From contig JASHPZ010000022.1 of assembly GCA_030037815.1 (NCBI GenBank), positions 1,782-65,781 of the forward strand: a DNA stretch of 64,000 nt, in the 5' to 3' direction. This stretch comes from Thermoplasmata archaeon. Lineage in GTDB: Archaea > Thermoplasmatota > Thermoplasmata > Lutacidiplasmatales > UBA184. A program made the translations under genes and the position numbers. Numbering within the stretch: the first letter of the stretch is position 1; each line of letters begins with the position of its first letter. Positions 27,084-33,367 of the stretch are shown piece after piece. The notes under the pieces are model-generated. The model worked only from the letters and a program-made list of their open reading frames with translations, searched no databases and was not told the origin of the DNA.

Positions 27084-27749
27084 ATGCGCGAGGGGGGGGC
27101 ACCCACGTCCAGGGCCACCGAGGCGAAGCGGTACACCCTCCGCAATCCGGTCCCCCTTCGGACGGCCGAGGACATCCGGTCGACCCGGGTCGGGATCCCG
27201 ACCGACCAGGTCATCGACTCGGCGGCCGGTCCGGTCGACTTCGACTCCCTGGCGAAGGCGATCCGCCGCTCCGTCGGCCACGACGGGATGCGCCCGGAGG
27301 ACGCCCGGTCGATCGCGGCCCACGTGCTGAACTTCTTCGGGTTCAACGAGCGGATCATCGACAACGTCCTCGAGCCCGACGACCGCGACACGTTCTACAT
27401 GCTCGAGGACACAGGGATCCTCGAGACCGAGCGGGACGAGACGACCCTCTACGACGGCCGCGAGTGGCGCATCCACTACTGGATGTTCCGCAAGGACCGC
27501 ATCTTCGAGCTCGCCCACGAGGAGACCGCCGCGATGGCCGCCGCCGGCGAGGCGGAGGTCGTCTACTCCTCGAACGCGCACCGGTCGGGGGCGTTCATCC
27601 TCCCGCACGGGGAGCTCGGGACGGGCCTCGCCGCCCACGCCGTCTACCACGAGCTCGGGGACGAGATCTGGCTGGAGCGCAAGCAGAGCCCCGCCGCGCC
27701 CGAGCCGCCGACCCCCGCCCGCGGCCGCCGCTCGCCCCTCGACGAGTAA
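27084..27749 (+). CDS. Conserved hypothetical protein.
   Basis: The ORF is 221 aa and acidic. It has a leaderless promoter. Confidence 0.5.
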   Translation: MREGGAPTSRATEAKRYTLRNPVPLRTAEDIRSTRVGIPTDQVIDSAAGPVDFDSLAKAIRRSVGHDGMRPEDARSIAAHVLNFFGFNERIIDNVLEPDDRDTFYMLEDTGILETERDETTLYDGREWRIHYWMFRKDRIFELAHEETAAMAAAGEAEVVYSSNAHRSGAFILPHGELGTGLAAHAVYHELGDEIWLERKQSPAAPEPPTPARGRRSPLDE

Positions 27750-27786
27750 GCGGAACCGTATTCTCCGCCGCCCGGTCCCCCGGGCG

Positions 27787-28404
27787 ATGCGCCGGTTCCT
27801 CCTCCTCGCGCACCGGGTCCCGGTCCGCGGCGGGTTCACGCTCAACGACCTCGCGGGCGGCGGCGGTCGGATGGACGAGGTCGCCCGGGCCGTCTCGACG
27901 GCGTTCACCCTCTCGAACGACCTCCGCCGCGACACCGAGATGACGGTCCTGTTCTCGGCCGAGCCCCCGCCGGCGGCCCGCAAGGTCCACCTGGTCGGGG
28001 CGCGGCTCCGCTACCTGAACCCGGACGAGCGGTCGACCGCCGCCCTGCTCAAGAACGCCCTCGTCCGGGCGGCCGACTTCCCGCGCGAGTTCGAGTCGTC
28101 CCCCGGGCTCCGCGTCGGTCCGGCCGACCCGCTCGACGAGCTGCGGGCGTTCCTGCGGGGACCCGGGACGGTCTGGCTGACCGAGTCGGGCCGCCCGGTC
28201 GCGGAGTGGGCGCCCCCCGGGTCGGACGTCGCCGCCGTGCTCTCGGACCCCGACGACCCGACCCCCGCGGAGGCCGAACTCCTCGGCGCGAGCGGGGTGC
28301 CGCGGTACTCGGTCGGCCCGCGATCGCTGCGCACGAGCCAGGTGGTCGACCTGTTCCACGCCGAGGTCGACCGCCGCGAGGCGGCCCGTCCCGTCACGCC
28401 GTGA
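27787..28404 (+). CDS. trmY: tRNA (pseudouridine54-N1)-methyltransferase TrmY (SPOUT, COG1901/DUF358).
   Basis: The N-terminus MRRFLLLAHRVPVRGGFTLNDLAGGGGRMDEVARAVSTAFTLSNDLRRD matches the TrmY consensus (M..F...a....t..f.L.DLpG..GRlDllcR....aFflS...RrD). Confidence 0.7.
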   Translation: MRRFLLLAHRVPVRGGFTLNDLAGGGGRMDEVARAVSTAFTLSNDLRRDTEMTVLFSAEPPPAARKVHLVGARLRYLNPDERSTAALLKNALVRAADFPREFESSPGLRVGPADPLDELRAFLRGPGTVWLTESGRPVAEWAPPGSDVAAVLSDPDDPTPAEAELLGASGVPRYSVGPRSLRTSQVVDLFHAEVDRREAARPVTP

Positions 28405-29392
28405 CGGCGTCCCGCACGGTCCGCGTGCGGAGCCCCCCGACCACGGCGGTCAGGTGGACGACCTCCCGCGGCTCGGGGCGGACCCGGGTCCCAAAGACGA
28501 GCCGCTCGGGCTCCCCGAGGCGCGTGCGCATCGCCCGCAGCACGCGGTCGAGGCAGCGGAGCGTGAAGTTCGACCCTCCCTCCAGGTGGACGAGGGCGCT
28601 CGTGCGGCCCGAGAAGTGGAAGTCGAGGAGCGAGCCCGACAGCGCCTCCTGGACGAGCCGCTCGGGCTCGGAGACGTGGTACTCCCCCGAGAGGAGGGTC
28701 GAGAGCCCCGAATCCCGGAGGTGGTTTTTGAGGGTCGCGAGGTCGACGTTCAACTGGGACGGGTGGTCGACCATGTCGACCAGGCTCGCGACCAGCGAGT
28801 GGAGGTAGGCGTTCCGCACCTGGAAGACGCGGTGGATCGGGAGCGACTCGAACCGGCGGAGCTTCTCGTTCGAAAGGGCGAGGAGGAGCCCCCCCATCTC
28901 CTCGAGCTCGTCCACGGTCGCGACCACGTTCTCCCGCCGGCTCGCGTTGGTCTCGAGCTCGACCTGGAACGGGAGGAAGACGACCGGGACGGGCAGCGTC
29001 TCGGTGCGGCGGAGCTGCCCCGCGAGGTACGGGAGCAGCGCGCTCCCGGTCCCGCCCCCGAGGCCAGCGAGCAGGAAGACGATCTCGAACGGCCGCAGCC
29101 GGCGGAGCAGCTCCTCGCGGCTCTCCTCGGCCGCCCGAAGGACCGCGTCGCGGTCGCCGCCGCTTCCGCGTCCGCGCAGTTCGCGGTGGGCGAGGAGGAT
29201 CCGCTCGTCCACGCCGACCCGCGCCAGGTGCTTCGCGTCCGTGTTGACGGCGATCGCGTGCGCGCCGGGGATCCCGAGCGCGAGGAGGTCCTGGACCGCC
29301 TCGCTGCCGGCACCGCCCAGGCCGACCACGGCGACCGACGGCGTGATCGCGAGCGAGGCCCACGCCTCGGGAGAATCGGGCTCGCCGGTCAT
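28394..29392 (-). CDS. FtsZ/tubulin-family GTPase. It is short (332 aa), divergent, has no C-terminal tail and has an altered T7 loop.
   Basis: The G-box is VAVVGLGGAGSEAV. A second motif is AVNTDAKHL. The tubulin signature is AGLGGGTGSA. The PVVFLPFQVE segment is present. The T7 loop reads QLNVDLATL where FtsZ has N.DFAD, so the second acidic residue is missing. Confidence 0.75.
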   Translation of the reverse strand: MTGEPDSPEAWASLAITPSVAVVGLGGAGSEAVQDLLALGIPGAHAIAVNTDAKHLARVGVDERILLAHRELRGRGSGGDRDAVLRAAEESREELLRRLRPFEIVFLLAGLGGGTGSALLPYLAGQLRRTETLPVPVVFLPFQVELETNASRRENVVATVDELEEMGGLLLALSNEKLRRFESLPIHRVFQVRNAYLHSLVASLVDMVDHPSQLNVDLATLKNHLRDSGLSTLLSGEYHVSEPERLVQEALSGSLLDFHFSGRTSALVHLEGGSNFTLRCLDRVLRAMRTRLGEPERLVFGTRVRPEPREVVHLTAVVGGLRTRTVRDAVTA

Positions 29393-29408
29393 CCGTCCCC
29401 CGTCCGCC

Positions 29409-29774
29409 CTACGGCGGGGGAGACCCTTCCGCGGCGACCGGCTCCCCTTCCCGGCGGTGCGTCCGGCCGGTCGGAGCGAGCTGCTCGATCCGGCTGCGGA
29501 TGTACTCGCGGACCGCGGAACGGACGGCGTCGTCCAGGCTGACGGACGCCCCCTCGCGGACGAACTCCTCGAGCCGGCTGTTGTCCTGCCGGGAGAGCTC
29601 GACCACGACCTTGCGGATGTTCTGCGGCGGCAGGTGGAGCTCGATGTACTGCTCGAGTCCCTCCCGGATCGTGTCGGAGATCGTCGGCGTGCCCTTCGCC
29701 TGCTGGATCTGCTTCAGCTTCTCGAGGAGATCCTGCGGGATCCGGACCGTCACCCGCTCCGACGTGTCGACCAT
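29409..29774 (-). CDS. Ribbon-helix-helix (CopG/Arc-like) DNA-binding protein, apparently with two RHH-like halves.
   Basis: The first half is VTVRIPQDLLEKLKQIQQAKG...REGLEQYIE. The second half is VVVELSRQDNSRLEEFVREG...VREYIRSR. It lies 16 nt upstream of the FtsZ-like gene. Confidence 0.7.
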   Translation of the reverse strand: MVDTSERVTVRIPQDLLEKLKQIQQAKGTPTISDTIREGLEQYIELHLPPQNIRKVVVELSRQDNSRLEEFVREGASVSLDDAVRSAVREYIRSRIEQLAPTGRTHRREGEPVAAEGSPPP

Positions 29775-29776
29775 GC

Positions 29777-29809
29777 TCGTCAGACAACACCCCTACCTTT
29801 GTCTGACGA
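29777..29809. promoter_or_regulatory. Perfect 11-bp inverted repeat TCGTCAGACAA-N11-TTGTCTGACGA. It sits immediately upstream of the RHH gene start and is a candidate auto-operator.
   Basis: Read from the sequence (ccATGctcgTCAGACAAcacccctacctTTGTCTGACGAac). RHH proteins typically bind such inverted repeats at their own promoters. Confidence 0.5.
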
Positions 29810-29952
29810 ACGACATATCGGGTTCCGACTATATCAAATCAGGGGAGCCGCGGGGCTTCGGGATTTAATCGGGCCCATCAGCCCTCGTGTGATTCTATTC
29901 GGGAGACTGTGATTTATTTGGCTACACCCGGCAACCGACAGTAGGGAGGCCG

Positions 29953-31029
29953 CTAGAGGGGTCTCCCCCCCTCAGTTGAGGGGGGTCTGGATGCCCTCAA
30001 TCTGAGTCCTACGTATCTGCGCAGGGCCAGTGCGATCGATAGTGCCATTTCTGCATCTGGTCGCTCTACGAGTTCATCCGGCCGCTCTGGGTGGGCACCA
30101 GCAGCGAGTAAGGACTTGACCGAACCTTGGTAAGCGAGCATGGCTTGAACTAAGTCCCCGAACGCATCAGTCATCTTCCGAGCTTTCTTCTCTGCTGATC
30201 CGAATCGATCCCCGAACGCGGAGTTCGAATTTGCCCCCAACTCGCGTTCCAAGGTCTCGACGACATCTCGGGACGCCGCTATCGAGAGCTTGTACTCCCC
30301 CGAAAGGAATTGCTTGACGGCATTTCTCAAGTAGACGTCCACTTGAGCAGAATTCTCAAAATTCTCTACGGGGACCTCATAGATCAACCAGTTACCATAC
30401 CCTAGGCCAGGGAGAAGTTTCTCAACCCATTTGCTCCTCTCGATTGTCAGAGTATGCATCCTTTCGTCGTGGCTCACGACTTCCAGGTCTTCCGTGTTGA
30501 ATGGGACCAGGTACGGCATCTTCCCCACGGGAAGGGCTCCCTCGTCGAACTCGTACCGGGCGATCCCCCCAAACCTGACTTGAATCCCAAAAGAGGGTTC
30601 GTTACCGGCTCGAGCGTCCTCGAGACCCTCGAGAACCGTTGGTTGGAGCGGAAACTGGAACTCGAACTCTACTTCGTAGCCCGCGTTGAGCACAAGGTTG
30701 GAAGTCCGAAGGGTGCGGGCGTACCCCTTCGCCACTAACGGCATGTTAACGAGGGACCCCTGAGGGCCAGCGGTCCACCTCAACCAGGCATCGGCCTGAA
30801 GGACCACAAACTGGACAGACTTGGCGTCGGTTCGCTCGATCTGAACGTTCGTACCTCCACCACTCGATGAAACTTGTACCAGGACTACCGCAGAGAGTAC
30901 TGGCATGAATCCGCTGTTGCCAGTGTCGAAGGACTTGAGCTCGAGATGGAAGAAACACTGCGGATTGAGTACCATCTTCCCACCCGCCGCTCGACCTGTA
31001 ACCTCTGCAGGCTTTGAGCCCCATCCCAT
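29953..31029 (-). CDS. Island hypothetical protein A.
   Basis: The ORF is 358 aa with protein-like composition. It lies downstream of the operon after a 455-nt gap. I recognise no family. Confidence 0.45.
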   Translation of the reverse strand: MGWGSKPAEVTGRAAGGKMVLNPQCFFHLELKSFDTGNSGFMPVLSAVVLVQVSSSGGGTNVQIERTDAKSVQFVVLQADAWLRWTAGPQGSLVNMPLVAKGYARTLRTSNLVLNAGYEVEFEFQFPLQPTVLEGLEDARAGNEPSFGIQVRFGGIARYEFDEGALPVGKMPYLVPFNTEDLEVVSHDERMHTLTIERSKWVEKLLPGLGYGNWLIYEVPVENFENSAQVDVYLRNAVKQFLSGEYKLSIAASRDVVETLERELGANSNSAFGDRFGSAEKKARKMTDAFGDLVQAMLAYQGSVKSLLAAGAHPERPDELVERPDAEMALSIALALRRYVGLRLRASRPPSTEGGRPL

Positions 31030-31484
31030 ACCGAGTTCCGCTAGTTTGTGCCCAGCCTATCGGAGCTATGGAAGCGCGAGCCGACCCCAGTCCGTTGGTA
31101 AAGTTAGACCATTTGCGTCCTCCTTACGGTTGAACTGCAGAAGTTTGCCTAACGTCATGGCCGAATGGACCGCCAGATGCCGATGCTCAGAGACCTCCCG
31201 ATGCTCGGGCCACGGGTGTGACAGGCATACAATTCAGAGGATCGACCTTAGCGGCAGGTTGTCCGTTCGACCCTCCCAATGCATCTCAGGTGGCCCTCGG
31301 CTGCTACTTCGGAATCCTGCACCGCAGGGCATGAGTTCCCCGCGCGTGCGCCTGCGAGAAGACAGCGGTCGGAATCGAGTCGGCATATTCCTTAGCGAGC
31401 CCCGGGTAGTTGCGGGAGCACCGGGCCGCAAGGCCTCCTTGAGCTCAGTGTCCGTTCATGAACCGGAACGTGGTGGAACCCACC

Positions 31485-32264
31485 CTACGGCCGCCCAGGC
31501 CTCGCCGTGGGATACCAGAGCGGTGCCTGGATGGGTCGGCTTGTGCCCAGCCGTTTCCCGATTGGATAGCAAGGCATCACGGGCATCTTTTCTACGATTG
31601 CAACCATTTCGGGCGGCCAACCTCCTTCGACAATGGTCGGGAAGTGATCGCTAAGTATCCCGTATACGACCGCCGGCAGATCGAGCGGGGGCGTTGGAAC
31701 CCGCGGGACTCCAGATTTTATTTGCGACTGCCGCTGAACGCATCTAGTACCGATCGCCTGCTCGGAAATACCGCCGAAGTCTATCTGTGCATGGAAGAGC
31801 GGATGATCTCTTTGGAAGTGCTTGTCGGGGTCGAATGCCATGTCGTAGTGGAGCCCCGCAAGGACTTGGGATGGTGCCCAGCGGGCCGGTGGTAGGTCAG
31901 GGCGGTCCGTGTCCGTTCGACGATAGTGGACCCGAACGACGGACGCTATGACCTCATAATTTCCGCCAGTCGCACCCCGTGTGGACTGTCTTATCTCCTG
32001 CTCAAATTGGATCGAAATCTCGCATGTTGACTTGCCGAGGCTCTGCGGCTTGATGGGGACCTGCAAGAAATGCAACGCGCAATCTCCTCCGCACGTAGCG
32101 GTTAGACAACCGACTCTTCCCTCCGGGTCGAAGTCTACTTGAATTTCGCCTGGTGTCGAGGGTCGAGCGTTCGGCAGCAATCCGCTGAGTCGTGTCCAAA
32201 ACTCTGAGTAACGTGAGAGGAGGACTGGCTTGTCCCTGAGACTCAGCCCGCCCGTCCTAAACAT
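31485..32264 (-). CDS. Island hypothetical protein B, His-rich (HYDMAFDPDKHFQRDHPLFH). It may be a metal-dependent enzyme.
   Basis: The ORF is 259 aa and lies 16 nt downstream of the receiver-like gene, so it is probably co-transcribed. Confidence 0.45.
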   Translation of the reverse strand: MFRTGGLSLRDKPVLLSRYSEFWTRLSGLLPNARPSTPGEIQVDFDPEGRVGCLTATCGGDCALHFLQVPIKPQSLGKSTCEISIQFEQEIRQSTRGATGGNYEVIASVVRVHYRRTDTDRPDLPPARWAPSQVLAGLHYDMAFDPDKHFQRDHPLFHAQIDFGGISEQAIGTRCVQRQSQIKSGVPRVPTPPLDLPAVVYGILSDHFPTIVEGGWPPEMVAIVEKMPVMPCYPIGKRLGTSRPIQAPLWYPTARPGRP

Positions 32265-32280
32265 GAACTCAATGACCTTT

Positions 32281-33357
32281 TCACAACGTGAGCCACGGGG
32301 GGAGCCGGGCGAACTCTCGTTTTCTAATTCGCGAGCGGTCCGCGCCCAACGGTATCAGCGCCATCGGACGTACCGAGTGTCTCTCGCAAACTGGTCGCTC
32401 GGACACGATACAAAAGTACCCCGCCCCTTCATGACCCTCCGCGCAACGACAGTGCGAGATTCCCCCTAACTTGCTCTGCGCGAGGTCGTATCCGGTGCCG
32501 TGGGTCGACGACGCCGGACTCCCGGTGGCGATGATCCGATCTAACTCGCAGGTCCACCAGTAGGGCCCTGTTTCTGAGAAGGGTCCCCGATAGACCGCGT
32601 CATCGAACAATCCCCGAACTTCAGCTCGTTCATTGAACTGTTGGTCGTCGATGTCAAGGTAGGATGCGGCCGCGGTCGCATTTAGAAGAACTCCCGCGAA
32701 ATGTAGCAGCTCGTTTACAACCCAGTATCCAAGTGTCGAAGCGACGATTCGAGTCTTCCGAGCCGAATCTAGCTTCCTGCTCGCCCTCACCACGGCGACG
32801 GGAGTCTTTGGGCCCCAGCGATACCGTTGCAGTGCGAGCGCTGCTTCGGCAGGGGCCTTCAACACGCTCTTGGCAAACTGATCCATCCTCTGAGTGGACG
32901 AGAGGTTCGAATTAGCGACCAGTTGGTCGAATCCCGAGGCATACGAAATCAAGAGTTGGGGTACACGTGACGACTGCTCAGCGACGTCAATCGATATCTC
33001 CCGATCTCGACTCCTTAGAAGATATTCAGTCCTCGTCGCCGCCCCAGGTTGAAAAGTATAGACGCAGACCGGGACGCCGATTTGCTGGCAGACCGTCTGC
33101 ACGCCGTCCCGGTCAACCAGCGGGTCGTACATTGTGAGGTCATAGTCCAACACGGCGAGACTCGCCACTCTGGGGGAGCTTAGAAAACGTCGAATCTGAC
33201 TGCGAAGTCGCATATCATAGGACTGCGCCGGTTCGTTTGGCCGTCTGGGCGGGGGGACGAAGCGAGCGGCGTTGGGCGTCGTCGCAACTTGAGATTCCAG
33301 CTGCTCGTGTAGCTCTTCATAGGGCTGCGGATCATCTTCAAAGAAAACTATGCGCAT
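32281..33357 (-). CDS. Receiver-like (REC) domain protein with a C-terminal Cys/His-rich effector domain of unknown function.
   Basis: The start is taken at the internal ATG (MRIVFFEDDP...). REC-like landmarks are the acidic pair (EDD), a candidate phospho-acceptor Asp (LAVLDYDL) and a Thr (VCVYT), with a loop insertion. The C-terminal cluster is HCRCAEGHEGAGYFCIVSERPVCERH. It lies 10 nt downstream of the GHKL/HK gene. Confidence 0.5.
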   Translation of the reverse strand: MRIVFFEDDPQPYEELHEQLESQVATTPNAARFVPPPRRPNEPAQSYDMRLRSQIRRFLSSPRVASLAVLDYDLTMYDPLVDRDGVQTVCQQIGVPVCVYTFQPGAATRTEYLLRSRDREISIDVAEQSSRVPQLLISYASGFDQLVANSNLSSTQRMDQFAKSVLKAPAEAALALQRYRWGPKTPVAVVRASRKLDSARKTRIVASTLGYWVVNELLHFAGVLLNATAAASYLDIDDQQFNERAEVRGLFDDAVYRGPFSETGPYWWTCELDRIIATGSPASSTHGTGYDLAQSKLGGISHCRCAEGHEGAGYFCIVSERPVCERHSVRPMALIPLGADRSRIRKREFARLPPWLTL

Positions 33358-33367
33358 ATCCTCTGAC

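Noticed and set aside
29956-29990. A G6/C6 hairpin plus a partial direct repeat (GAGGGGTCTCCCCCCTC / GAGGGGGGTCTGG), considered as an intrinsic terminator or att site.
   Set aside because: It lies inside the 3' coding end of hypothetical A (encoding ...STEGGRPL*). A regulatory role is possible but not separable from coding constraint. It is mentioned under the island-hypotheticals finding.
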